Shown here piece by piece: positions 17,798 to 27,590 of a stretch of 64,000 nucleotides of DNA. Below the pieces are notes generated by a model. The model saw only the letters and a list, made by a program, of their open reading frames with translations, did no database searches and was not told where the DNA came from. How positions within the stretch are numbered: the first letter of the stretch is position 1; every line of letters starts with the position of its first letter. The DNA comes from Candidatus Latescibacterota bacterium. GTDB lineage: Bacteria > Latescibacterota > UBA2968 > GCA-2709665. The position numbers were made by a program, and so were the translations under genes. The stretch spans positions 544,001 to 608,000 of the forward strand of contig CBDDDZ010000003.1 of NCBI GenBank assembly GCA_965226795.1, in the 5' to 3' direction.

Positions 17798-17914
17798 GTC
17801 GCTGGTCAGGAGGCCCCCATCGAAAGCGGCTTCCAGCCTTTTTCCAAAAAGACTTGCGAAAAGGAAGCTGTGATGATCAATTTGAGCTCCCACTGTAGTT
17901 TCCTCCAAGTTCAT
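17798..17914 (-). mobile_element. IS1380-family transposase N-terminal remnant
   Basis: SFLFASLFGKRLEAAFDGGLLTSD resembles the conserved FDGGxLTSDG start of IS1380 transposases; similarity stops abruptly. Confidence 0.6.
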
Positions 17915-17968
17915 TGTTATGGGTTATTTGCGTAACCATAATATAATACAATGACTTGGGTAAGGAAA

Positions 17969-18815
17969 CTACCTTTTTTTTGAATTATTCAGGTTAGACG
18001 TGTCCAGTCTGTTGAGTTGTTTGCCGAGTCGCTTTGCTAGCGTAGGGAACTCGCTGCCGAATAGGATGTAGCCTTTGCGAGTTACTGACTGCCCCGGTGC
18101 AATATTACCAAAAAGAGGTCTGCTATGCAGGCAATGATGACCGTCAGCGTTCTGAAAAGCCGATGTTGCACACTCATATCCCAACGCTATTGCCTTAGAC
18201 CTATCATAAGAAACGGCACCCAGGATGGCCGGTCGATCTATGGCCGTGTTGCTTCTTCCCCAGAACCATGCTGACCTATTGACCCATTCTTTTTCGTAGT
18301 CCATAAGGTCTGCATGATACGCGGTCCGAATATCTATAGTTCTGTGAAGATCGCCCATGCTTTCTGGCTTACCTTTCACCAGGATGTAGGATCGTTTGAC
18401 TTCATTTTGATCCAGAAAATCAGATGACTTTGCCTGGAGACATCCACCATCAGAAACGACGTCATAAAATATTGCGGATGACTGATTCGTGAGGGTCAAC
18501 GTCAATTCTACTCTGTCCTCGAGTCCGGACAACGCTGCTCTGAGAATAAGACCTGTTATAAAGTTGTGTCGAATGACCTTCCCTGAGGGATCCTTTTGAC
18601 GGTATGCCAACTGCTCTTTGATGTACTCAGGCGTTGTTTGCCATTCGTAAGCCCATGCATTGTCTCTTGTCTTGGTCCATTGAGGGCAGATCTTCTGCCA
18701 CATCATCGTCACACCATTCATCGACGTGATGACTTCTGGAAACTGGATGGACCACTTCAGATCCCAGTCCAGGTGATGAATATCAACGAATCGCGTTTTG
18801 ATAGGCTGTACTAGT
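17969..18815 (-). pseudogene. Hypothetical protein, 5' end interrupted by IS1380
   Basis: Frame stays open upstream of ATG 18721 to the IS junction, and continues in frame at 20702-20734 when the IS is removed. Confidence 0.6.
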
Positions 18816-20696
18816 CCTTAAACAAGCGTGATGGTGAGATTTTTCTGGTCCAAGAGACCGGAAAGGCCTACCGTTGTTGGAGATAGATGGATTGCGCTAG
18901 AAATCATCACTCCAACGCAGGAGACCTTTCCGGTGAAAAGAATATCGGTTGATGACAGCCGCAGGAACAGTGCTCGTCGCAAACGCAAAGTGGCCGCCCG
19001 CCACGGTCGAGCGGGGCATTGGCAGGCGCAGCCCCGGCCCATGTTCAGCCCTGGCAAAGTGCACTACGAGGTGGGCGCCTACACCGACGCGATGAGTTAC
19101 GGAGGCATCGGCGCCGTGCATCGCCTGGTCACCAAGCTGGGTCTGCCCAAGCGCATCGACGCGTCGCTGTCCCTGTTGAAGGTGCATCTGCCCTATCATG
19201 AGTCGGACCACGTACTAAACATCACATACAACGTGTTGTGCGGCGGCACGCGCCTGGAGGATATCGAGCGTTTTCGACATGACGGGGCCTACATGAATGC
19301 CCTGGGTGCTCAGTTGATTCCCGATCCGACCACGGCGGGTGACTTTTGCCGACGCTTCTCGGAACGGGACATCGTCGAACTGATGGCGTGCATCAACGCG
19401 GTGCGATCCTCCTTGTGGGCATCGCGTGGCCGCAAATTGCTTTGTGACATCACCTATATCGACGTGGACGGCACAAACGTGCCGACGTATGGAAAGCGCA
19501 AGAGGGGTATGGACATCTCTTACCAGGGCATCTGGGGCTACCATCCGCTGGTGATCTCACTGGCCAACACGAAGGAAGTGCTCTTCCTGGTCAACCGACC
19601 GGGGAATGTGCCCAGCCACACCGGTGCGGCACCCTGGATCGACGCGGCCTTGGCGCTGGTGCAGCCCCACGCCAAGCGCCTCTGTGTACGTGGCGACACC
19701 GACTTTTCCTTGACCCGACATTTTGATCGATGGGCGAAAAGCGTCGACTTCATCTTCGGGATGGACGCCAACGCGACGATGCGTTCCCGTGCTGAGGCCC
19801 TCGACGAGGCACAATGGCAGCCCCTGCAACGCAAACCCCGTTATCACACCGTGACCGACCAGAAGCGGAAGCGCAATCAGCCCCACGAGAAACAGCGCAT
19901 CGTCCGCAAACGGGCCTACGCCAACCTGGTCCTCAACCACGAACACGTGGCCGAGTTCAACTACCAACCCACGCGCTGTAAACGTGTGTATCGCGTCGTG
20001 GTCCTGCGCAAGAACATCAGTAAAATGAAGGGCGACCTTGTCCTGTTCGACGAATGCCGTTATTTCTTCTATATCACGACACGCACGGACGTAAGCCCCG
20101 CCGAGATCGTCGCCTGTGCCAACCAACGCTGCGATCAGGAGAACGTCATCGAGCAACTCAAAAACGGCGTCAACGCCTTGCGCGTGCCCCTGTATGACCT
20201 GGTCAGCAACTGGGCCTACATGGTCATCGCCGCGCTGGCCTGGAACCTCAAATCCTGGTTTGCCATGATGATGCACCGACACCTGGACCGACAGCAGTAC
20301 GTCCGCATGGAATTCCGGCGCTTCATCCACAGCATCATCTTGATTCCCTGCCACGTCATCCAACGCGCGCACACCACCACGTTGCGCCTCATCGGCTATC
20401 AACCCACCCTCGATCGCCTCTTCAGCACCTGGCGTATCATTGAACGCACCGGATTTGGATAACACCAATGCAGCACCACCGATGACACACACACGCCGCG
20501 CCATCCCCACACCCCTCAACGGACCGGTGTGTCCACCACGCGCCTGACCGCCACTTCGGATACTCAATTCACGATAGCGACCACGACAAACACCGCCCCA
20601 AAGATCATCCAAAACGCCAATTCCATATAAATCGACACCAACGCCTCACCACAAACACAGATCGATGTGCCGCACACGAAACTCGCTTATTTTAGG
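18816..20696 (+). mobile_element. IS1380-family insertion sequence, complete
   Basis: Terminal inverted repeats CCTTAAACAAGCG / CGCTTATTTTAGG; ACTAGT on both sides (18810-18815, 20697-20702). Confidence 0.92.
18933..20462 (+). CDS. IS1380-family DDE transposase
   Basis: IPDPTTAGDFCRRF, YIDVDGT, GYHPL, VRGDTDF, RCDQENVIEQLK; GTG start after AGGAGA. Confidence 0.92.
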   Translation: MKRISVDDSRRNSARRKRKVAARHGRAGHWQAQPRPMFSPGKVHYEVGAYTDAMSYGGIGAVHRLVTKLGLPKRIDASLSLLKVHLPYHESDHVLNITYNVLCGGTRLEDIERFRHDGAYMNALGAQLIPDPTTAGDFCRRFSERDIVELMACINAVRSSLWASRGRKLLCDITYIDVDGTNVPTYGKRKRGMDISYQGIWGYHPLVISLANTKEVLFLVNRPGNVPSHTGAAPWIDAALALVQPHAKRLCVRGDTDFSLTRHFDRWAKSVDFIFGMDANATMRSRAEALDEAQWQPLQRKPRYHTVTDQKRKRNQPHEKQRIVRKRAYANLVLNHEHVAEFNYQPTRCKRVYRVVVLRKNISKMKGDLVLFDECRYFFYITTRTDVSPAEIVACANQRCDQENVIEQLKNGVNALRVPLYDLVSNWAYMVIAALAWNLKSWFAMMMHRHLDRQQYVRMEFRRFIHSIILIPCHVIQRAHTTTLRLIGYQPTLDRLFSTWRIIERTGFG

Positions 20697-20749
20697 ACTA
20701 GTGACCGCAGTAAGCGATGTGAGATACTGATCACCTGCCATAGAGGACA

Positions 20750-21595
20750 CTAATTGGCCACGAAGTGCCGGAAGAGCGGCTTCACTTCCTCCGGAAGCCC
20801 CTCGTACACGTCGCGGCGCAGGGGCTCCATCTCGTAGTTCTTCCCGCCGGTCTCCACCACCATCATGTCGTGCTCCGGCGTGCCTACGTGCGTCGGATTC
20901 AGGTTCAGCCACCAGGGAGCGTAGCGCACGATCAGGGCCACCCGGGGGCTGCCGCTCCGGTTGGGGGCAACCGCGTGCCACTGCCGGCTGTCGTAGAGCA
21001 GCACCGATCCCGCCCTGCCCTCGGTGTTGATCTCGGCCGGCTGGGGTGCCTCGTTGTCGAAGCCGGGGAGGTCTCCCGTCGCCGGGTTGTGGTCCTTCCG
21101 GTGCGTGCCCGGCAACAGCAGCGTCCCTCCGTTGGCGGCGGAGAAATCGGTCAGCATCCACAGCGACGACGCGTGCATCATCACGTTCGGGTAGGGGGCG
21201 GCGACATTGGAGGCGTTCGTCTGGTTGAACGGCCAGTCCGCGTGCCAGTAGCCGCGCTCGTTCCCCGGGTGGTTCACCACGGCGTCGGTGCAGGAGATCC
21301 GCAGCCAGGGACCGAAGAAGATCTCGAGGGCCCCGACGATCCGCCGGTCGGCCAGGTACGGCGCGAACGACTGGTCGTGGTTGATCGCCTGCTTGAGTAC
21401 GCCGACGCCGCGGGCTCCGATTCGGTGGCCCCTTGCTCGAGTCACCCTTTCCCTGGCCTGGTGGGCGGCGTCGGTGGCGGCCTGCGCCCGCACGACGCGC
21501 TCGCGGATCCTGCCCACTTCCCCTGAGGGGATGACGTCCTCGACGATGCAGTAGCCGTTTTCCCTGATATGGTGCGCTATTTCAGCTGGTTCCAT
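20750..21595 (-). CDS. Phytanoyl-CoA dioxygenase (PhyH) family Fe/2OG oxygenase
   Basis: ENGYCIVEDVI, WHAD, NGGTLLLPGTH, WHA..PNRS..PR. Confidence 0.9.
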   Translation of the reverse strand: MEPAEIAHHIRENGYCIVEDVIPSGEVGRIRERVVRAQAATDAAHQARERVTRARGHRIGARGVGVLKQAINHDQSFAPYLADRRIVGALEIFFGPWLRISCTDAVVNHPGNERGYWHADWPFNQTNASNVAAPYPNVMMHASSLWMLTDFSAANGGTLLLPGTHRKDHNPATGDLPGFDNEAPQPAEINTEGRAGSVLLYDSRQWHAVAPNRSGSPRVALIVRYAPWWLNLNPTHVGTPEHDMMVVETGGKNYEMEPLRRDVYEGLPEEVKPLFRHFVAN

Positions 21596-21746
21596 GTCGT
21601 TGTCCTTTGCCCGGGTGCCGGTTCGGTTGTCCGGACCGGAAGGAATGGCAGGGAGCAGCTCCCTGCCAAGGTGGATGGTCCAGGGTGACCGTCGTCGGTA
21701 CTTCCCGGATCGCCTTGGTCCAGCTACATATGTACTAACCGTTGTA

Positions 21747-22817
21747 CTAACCGTAGACCGCCTGAATCATGGCATTGATGTAGCCGAAGCAGTACGCGTA
21801 GGACTGATAGGAGCGCATCGGATCGTCGTCAGTCCACGGAACGTGGTCCGGATCGATGCCGTAACAGTAGCCCGTGTCCTTCAGGGCCCTTAATACCCGG
21901 TGGAAGTCCATATCTCCTTCGTCGGGCAGAGACTCGCGGAAGCTGTAACGCCCGCCGAGTATGTTTCGATAGTGAACCAGGAAGATCGTGTTACGGCTGC
22001 CAAAGTATTCGATGGTGGGGTAGATTTCAGTGGCCGGATCTTCCAGCCCTTCAGCGATGGAGCCGACGCAGAAGTTCCAGCCGTGATACGGACTGCGCTG
22101 AATCTCGATGAAACGCTTCATGCCCTCAAAGTCGTTGAGGACTTTGTCAACGCCCATATAACCGGGGGGTGTGGCAGGGTCTTCCTGGGAATTGCCCATC
22201 CGAACCTTGAATTCTTCCGCCACCGGAATCATGCGTTCGAGCAGATAATCAATTCGTTCCCAGTGCATGTCCGCCGTGACGCGTCCGGCATCAGTCAGCC
22301 TGGCCTGTTCTTCTGCCGGGATCTTCTCCACGCGGAACGCGGTGTGGTAGAAGCCGCCGCGGCCTTCCTCCGGTTCCGTACGGTCGATGGGAAGGACGCA
22401 AGTGTTATAGCGCAGAGAATCGATGCCGGCCCGCGAAGCGGTCCGGATCATTTCGCATACGAGGTCGATTTCCCGGTCGCGCTCCGGGCTTTTGCCGAAA
22501 TAGATGATGTTGGGAAATCTCTCGTATATGGGCAGCGAGCTCATATCCAGTGTTATCCCGAAGGCCTCGTGGCGCTCTCGTACCTGGACCAGTTCCTCGA
22601 GGTCCCAGCCCCTGCCGGGGTGGAACGGAAAGACAACGGCCTTGTGGCGCACGCCGCAGCGCTGCAGAAAACGCAACTCCGCATCGGTTGACCCGAAACT
22701 CTGTGTGCGCACGTACATACGCCCGCCGTTCGACGATGACTGTGACGCGCCTCCGGTGGCGGAAGCGGCCGCCTCACCGGCTGCGAGGCCTTGTTCAAAT
22801 GGATCGGATTTCGTCAT
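21747..22817 (-). CDS. Mannonate dehydratase (UxuA)-like protein
   Basis: YLLERMIPVAEEFKVRM, FCVGS, HYRN, E..PDEGDMD, PDHVP. Confidence 0.8.
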   Translation of the reverse strand: MTKSDPFEQGLAAGEAAASATGGASQSSSNGGRMYVRTQSFGSTDAELRFLQRCGVRHKAVVFPFHPGRGWDLEELVQVRERHEAFGITLDMSSLPIYERFPNIIYFGKSPERDREIDLVCEMIRTASRAGIDSLRYNTCVLPIDRTEPEEGRGGFYHTAFRVEKIPAEEQARLTDAGRVTADMHWERIDYLLERMIPVAEEFKVRMGNSQEDPATPPGYMGVDKVLNDFEGMKRFIEIQRSPYHGWNFCVGSIAEGLEDPATEIYPTIEYFGSRNTIFLVHYRNILGGRYSFRESLPDEGDMDFHRVLRALKDTGYCYGIDPDHVPWTDDDPMRSYQSYAYCFGYINAMIQAVYG

Positions 22818-23009
22818 TTGGTTCCTTTCGTTGGCATGGCTTCAATGTGGGAAGACAGACGACGTACACTGTCGTTATATGCGTTCGAAAACTATCGTGA
22901 GGTCGTCCTTCTCGGGTTATACAAAGTGTCTTACCGGGTAGACCGGAAGTGGACAATCACGCATTGGAACTGCGTTCCGGGCGGATGGTTATTGAATTCG
23001 GAGCGGCAT

Positions 23010-23510
23010 AGAATCTCCCCCACCACCTAACGTCCCCTATTCCCTTGCCCTTTTTCTTGCATCGCCCAAGAAAAAGGGCGAAAAAGAAGGGCGCCTGCCT
23101 GCCGAGCACGTCTCGGCGCAGGCAGGCCGCTCAGACGCCGCGGGGCTGCTTTTCCGCGAATCGCCTCAGTGGTTCACACGTACGGAAATGCCCTGCAAAT
23201 TCCAGCGGTTTACAAATGCCAAGGTGCTGGACGGAAAAACGCGGAAAAACCCCCCACGTCCCCATTGGGTGGCCGAGAGCCAAAACTGAGAGGCCACAAG
23301 GCGGGCGGTTCGCGAACCGCCCCTACAACAATGTGACATCCGCGATATTGACATCGCGGCGACTTTTGGTTCCTTTTGGTCGCTTCAAAAGGAACTTGCC
23401 GAAGGCAGGGAATTTGGGGTGATGTTGAATTTGGTTTAGACTTTTGATTCCTTAACGCGCCCCTAGGCGCGGGGCCGGTTTTTCCGCGAACTGCCTCAGA
23501 GGCAAATATA
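23010..23510 (-). repeat. Mosaic intergenic repeat, copy 2, plus extra modules
   Basis: Reverse complement of the 10290-11069 modules (REP at 23303-23326; CCTGCCTGCCGAGCAC..GCAGGCAGG); further partial modules at 23360-23510. Confidence 0.8.
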
Positions 23511-23546
23511 AAATGCACACTACTTAAGGTGTTTACGCTTCCCTCA

Positions 23547-23888
23547 TTATCGTGCATCCGTCTCCAAGACATCGGCGAGTGTTTCAGTCGCCCACTGATT
23601 GATACTCTTTCCGCTGACTTCAGCCGCCGTGGCAATCGCTGCGTGAACCTCTGGTGGAATCCGCAACATCAGATTGCCGGAATATGGCTTTTGAGGGGAC
23701 CTGTTGAGCTTTTCACAGGTTTCAAGATAGTCGTCAACCGATTCTTCAAAAGCATCACGCAGTTGTTCGACTGATTCGCCGTGAAAGCCTACCACATCAT
23801 TGATCCCTGCAATATGACCAACGAAGCAGCCGTCTTCATGGCTATAGTCGATTCGAGCCGCATATCCTCTATGGGTCATTGTGTTCAT
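23547..23888 (-). CDS. hicB: HicB antitoxin (with RHH-type C-terminus)
   Basis: GYAARIDY..FVG...FHGESVEQLRDAFEESVDDYL...KPYSGNLMLRIPPEVH. Confidence 0.93.
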   Translation of the reverse strand: MNTMTHRGYAARIDYSHEDGCFVGHIAGINDVVGFHGESVEQLRDAFEESVDDYLETCEKLNRSPQKPYSGNLMLRIPPEVHAAIATAAEVSGKSINQWATETLADVLETDAR

Positions 23889-24139
23889 GGGGTTACTCCT
23901 GCCTGTTGTAGAAAATGTCTCGCATCACGCACTTGATAGGGCTTTGCGTCTTTCTGAGGGTGGGGACGGTGAAAGGTGGCGACAACATCATTCAGCTCAA
24001 ACCGCACCCGTGAACCTCTGCCTTCAATTGGTTTAGCTCCGATTGCGTTGAAAAGGGCTTCAATCCGTCTCCATTCCAGTCCGGTAGGAACCGGCGTTTT
24101 GAAAATGTCAACTAAAGTGTTTCGGTGCCGTCTATTCAT
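23885..24139 (-). CDS. hicA: HicA toxin
   Basis: LEWRRIEALF..GRGSRVRF...FHRPHP; ATGA overlap with hicB. Confidence 0.9.
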   Translation of the reverse strand: MNRRHRNTLVDIFKTPVPTGLEWRRIEALFNAIGAKPIEGRGSRVRFELNDVVATFHRPHPQKDAKPYQVRDARHFLQQAGVTP

Positions 24140-24145
24140 AAATAA

Positions 24146-24174
24146 ATGATATCACAAAATGATATCATTAGCAA
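24146..24174 (-). promoter_or_regulatory. hicAB promoter with overlapping operator
   Basis: Minus strand TTGCTA-17 nt-TATCAT; two TGATATCA palindromes at 24147-24154 and 24160-24167. Confidence 0.75.
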
Positions 24175-24267
24175 GGAATATGTTGGGGTATCAAATAACG
24201 CATGAGTGTGTTGGTCATCGTATCAACGAGTGAAAACAACGGCAGGAGCGGGCGCACCTGGGTGTGC

Positions 24268-25092
24268 TTAACCGTACGCGCCTTTTTCGTGCCTGCCGAA
24301 GAGGCGCTGTAGGCGGGGACTGGCGTCCTGCCAGACGTGGTCGGGCATGCGGTAGTCGATGAACGGATAGAGGCGCTGGGCGATCATCCGCTGGCTGTAG
24401 ACAATGGAACCCACGTACCGGACCTGGTCGGAGTTGTTGCGCGATCCACAGTGCCAGACCTGGTTGTGGAACATGTACAGGTCGCCCGGGTTCGCGACAA
24501 GAGATACCGGCTGCCGGCCTTCGAAGGTCGGATTCTCGCGATCGTTCGGATTTCGGCCCGCAAAGTGGCTGCCGGGGACGACCCGGGTGACGCCGTATTC
24601 GATGGAATCGGCCCTGCTGAGCGGGATCATCACGTTGATCACGAAACAGGGGATGGGGATATCCGGGTTGTGCCGTGGGACGCCGTCGGGAAGCGGAAAC
24701 TGAACCTTATCGTCCACGTGCCAGCCGCCGCCCTGGCCGGGTTCGTAACGCAGGGCGTTCTGGGACATCATGTGGCAATCGTCGCCGAGGATAGCCTCCG
24801 TCAGGCTGACGATGGGTTCGCGTTCGATAAGGTCCCGGTAGTTGCGGTCATACTCATACATGCGCATCATGCTAATTCCCCGGATGTGGTCGCCCGCCTC
24901 GTCCGCCTGAATCCGGGGGTCGTTCCACTTGCGCTCCATGCCCTCCCTCAGTGCGTCCACTTCCTCGGAGGTGAGCACGTTTTCCAGGAAACAATAGCCG
25001 TCCCGGTTGAACTGTTCCACGATTTTCCGTGTGGTTTCCTCTTCGAAGGGCTGCGCGTTTTTTACGATAACGCTGCTGTCTCGGGTATGCAT
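24268..25092 (-). CDS. PhyH-family Fe/2OG oxygenase
   Basis: FNRDGYCFLENVL, WHVD, VVPGSH, VWHCGSRN; start after GAGGAG. Confidence 0.9.
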   Translation of the reverse strand: MHTRDSSVIVKNAQPFEEETTRKIVEQFNRDGYCFLENVLTSEEVDALREGMERKWNDPRIQADEAGDHIRGISMMRMYEYDRNYRDLIEREPIVSLTEAILGDDCHMMSQNALRYEPGQGGGWHVDDKVQFPLPDGVPRHNPDIPIPCFVINVMIPLSRADSIEYGVTRVVPGSHFAGRNPNDRENPTFEGRQPVSLVANPGDLYMFHNQVWHCGSRNNSDQVRYVGSIVYSQRMIAQRLYPFIDYRMPDHVWQDASPRLQRLFGRHEKGAYG

Positions 25093-25314
25093 CGGGATCT
25101 CCTCAATTGTGTGGTCTGGCGAAAAATATAGGGATCTGCCAGCGAGGAGACAATTGATTTGAAGGGAGGCGCACAACGCCATTTTTCTTTGACTTCCGGG
25201 GGAAACTGTGCCATCATGCAATCGTCGCCGCCCGTCGCGGCGCCGGAATGCTGAAAGAGCGGCAAACGGGGTTGATCCGCGACACCCGGGCCCACATTCC
25301 AGATGGAGGAATCC

Positions 25315-26364
25315 ATGGCTGTAACTGCTCAGGATTTACAGGCTGCCATCGAGCGGTTTCCGAGGACGTCTCTGGCCGAACTTCCCACGCCGTTGCACGA
25401 TTGTCCGCGTTTATCGGAAGCGTTGGGAGGTCAGGTTCGGGTGATGGTGAAGCGAGATGATTTGACAGGTCTGGCATTCGGAGGGAACAAGACGCGCAAG
25501 TTCGATCTCGCCCTGGGAGACGCGCTGGCGCAGGGGGCGACGGCGGTGGTGACGGGCGCGGCCTCCCAGTCGAACCACGCGCGGCAGGCGGCTGCTGCGG
25601 CCGCGAAACTGGGGATGAAGTGCGTACTGGTGAACCGTCACGATCATCGAAGCCTGATGGGTATCCAGGGAAATCAACTCCTTGACAATATCCTCGGCGC
25701 GGACGTCAGGCTGGTCGCCGATGGCGTAAGCCAGGAAGAGGTAAAGCGCAAAGTGCTGGACGAATTGCGGGCGCAGGGGGAGAAGCCCTATCTCATCGGG
25801 CGGCGGGCGGTGGTGCTGGGTACGGTGGCGTACGTAGGCTGCGTGCTGGAGATTGCGGCGCAACTCGAGGCCATGGACGCACGCACGGATTTTATCTGTA
25901 CGGCGTCCGGGCATGGAACGCACGCGGGGTTGGCATTAGGGGTGAAGGCGCTGGGAATGCCGGTTCGCGCACAGGGATTCTCGCCCAGCAGGGGAAACGA
26001 GACGCAGCGGAAGGCGCAACTTGCGGAAGTTGCCAACGAGGCGGCGGCGCTTCTGGAACTGGATATTCTAATGACTGCCGGTGAAATGGAGAATACGGAC
26101 GCCTACGTGGGCGAGAACTATGGGATTGTGACCGAAGCAGGCCTGGACGCGTTGCACCTGCTGGCGCGGACGGAGGGGATTCTGCTGGATCCGGTGTATA
26201 CGGGCAAGGCCATGTCCGGCGTGATCGATAGAATCCGGACGGGAGAAATTCCGAAGGGATCGACGGTTGTATACGTGCATACCGGAGGGAACCCGGCGCT
26301 GTTCGCCTATGCGCCCGAACTCATTTCCCACGGCGATTTTCGCCAGAACATTGTAAGTCGGTAA
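25315..26364 (+). CDS. D-cysteine desulfhydrase / cysteate sulfo-lyase-type PLP enzyme
   Basis: KRDDLTGLAFGGNKTRK, QSNHARQ, LDPVYTGK, VHTGG. Confidence 0.88.
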   Translation: MAVTAQDLQAAIERFPRTSLAELPTPLHDCPRLSEALGGQVRVMVKRDDLTGLAFGGNKTRKFDLALGDALAQGATAVVTGAASQSNHARQAAAAAAKLGMKCVLVNRHDHRSLMGIQGNQLLDNILGADVRLVADGVSQEEVKRKVLDELRAQGEKPYLIGRRAVVLGTVAYVGCVLEIAAQLEAMDARTDFICTASGHGTHAGLALGVKALGMPVRAQGFSPSRGNETQRKAQLAEVANEAAALLELDILMTAGEMENTDAYVGENYGIVTEAGLDALHLLARTEGILLDPVYTGKAMSGVIDRIRTGEIPKGSTVVYVHTGGNPALFAYAPELISHGDFRQNIVSR

Positions 26365-26414
26365 GGCGCCTGTGACGTGGCAGGCGGCGGCCTCTCTCCC
26401 GAAGGAGGATTGAG

Positions 26415-27203
26415 ATGACGGACGATGAGAAATATCTGTTCGACTTGACCGGGTACCTGGTGCTCAGGGATGTCCTGACGCCGGAGGAGGTCGAGCGTTG
26501 CAATGCCGCGATCGACAAACACGTCGATCGGCTACAGGAGATGGAGCAGTCCATGGCGGTAGGATCGAAGGCGCTGGAAGGCACGTCCCACCGAAGGGAT
26601 CTGGGCGGTATGCTGGCCTGGGAACGTCCCTGGTGCGAGCCGTTCAGGGCGCTGCTGGTACACCCGCGGGTTGTCCCGTATCTGGAAGTCATTCTGGGGA
26701 AGGGGTTCCGCCTCGATCACGGCCCTGGGTTAATCGCGATGGACACGGGGTGCGAAGGGGGCACGTTGCACGGGGGTAGCGTGGAGCGCCCGGATCTGTC
26801 AGAGGCCTATTTCTTCAAGAACGGACGTATCTATTGCGGATTGACCGTCGTGGAATATCTATTGGCGGACGAGGGGCCGGGAGACGGGGGCGTGGCCGTC
26901 GTACCTGGCAGCCATAAGGCGAATCTGGCGTGTCCGCGCGAGATGAACCGGGGCGAGAAGTACCGGGAACACGTGGTGGAGGTGAACGGACGGGCGGGAG
27001 ACGTTGTGATCTTTACCGAGACCTTGACGCATGGGACGTTGCCGTGGGAGGCCGAACACCAGCGGCGGGCGCTGCTGTACAAGTTCAGTCCCGGATTCCA
27101 GGCGTATGGGACGGGCGCGCATACGGTAACGTATCCGGACTACATCATGGACATGACGGATGCGGAGCGGGCGGTGATGGAGCAGGCGCACATTCGAAAG
27201 TAG
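26415..27203 (+). CDS. PhyH-family Fe/2OG enzyme, HGG variant
   Basis: YLFDLTGYLVL, LHGG, GGVAVVPGSHK, LTHGTLPW...RR. Confidence 0.88.
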   Translation: MTDDEKYLFDLTGYLVLRDVLTPEEVERCNAAIDKHVDRLQEMEQSMAVGSKALEGTSHRRDLGGMLAWERPWCEPFRALLVHPRVVPYLEVILGKGFRLDHGPGLIAMDTGCEGGTLHGGSVERPDLSEAYFFKNGRIYCGLTVVEYLLADEGPGDGGVAVVPGSHKANLACPREMNRGEKYREHVVEVNGRAGDVVIFTETLTHGTLPWEAEHQRRALLYKFSPGFQAYGTGAHTVTYPDYIMDMTDAERAVMEQAHIRK

Positions 27204-27246
27204 TGACTTGAGCGAGGGTCCCCTGTCGGACGATAAGACCCACCTG

Positions 27247-27560
27247 TGTGGATTGATGCGCTCAAGCGATGCCTTGAACAAAGGGTTGAAAGGGTGGAGC
27301 AGACATTCTTGTCTGCTCATAGACATCAAACCGAAACCTCAGGATCCTGTGACTGGGCACGCCACGACTCGCCGCCGTCTCCCCACTGGAAAGAAGGTGG
27401 TGCAAGCCTTTGTTCTGTCAGCATTCCGGAACAAGGACCTCTCCCCCCGGCCCCCTCTCCTGTGAGGAGAGGGGGAGTCGAACGAAGTGTTGCGTAAACA
27501 CGAGAAGGGCAGACAGGAATGTCTACCCCACCTTCACACACGCTTCCTCAATGGCTCGAC
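27247..27560 (-). repeat. REPIN-like element, copy 2
   Basis: REP palindromes at 27294-27318 and 27507-27531; flanks match 4951-5326; different internal hairpin (CCCCCTCTCC..GGAGAGGGGG). Confidence 0.8.
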
Positions 27561-27590
27561 AGGCGCAGGAGAGACGATTTTTAAGGAAGC

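Noticed and set aside
19557..20612. Long antisense ORFs (e.g. 19557-20612, 36740-38134, 48686-50062, 57582-59819)
   Set aside because: Shadows of GC-rich coding genes on the opposite strand, with no motifs.
21731..21754. 12-bp tandem duplication TGTACTAACCGT at the uxuA-like stop
   Set aside because: Real, but it does not alter the protein; likely simple slippage.
25315..26364. ACC deaminase call
   Set aside because: Has DPVYTGK and HTGG rather than the DPVYEGK and HLGG residues typical of true ACC deaminases.
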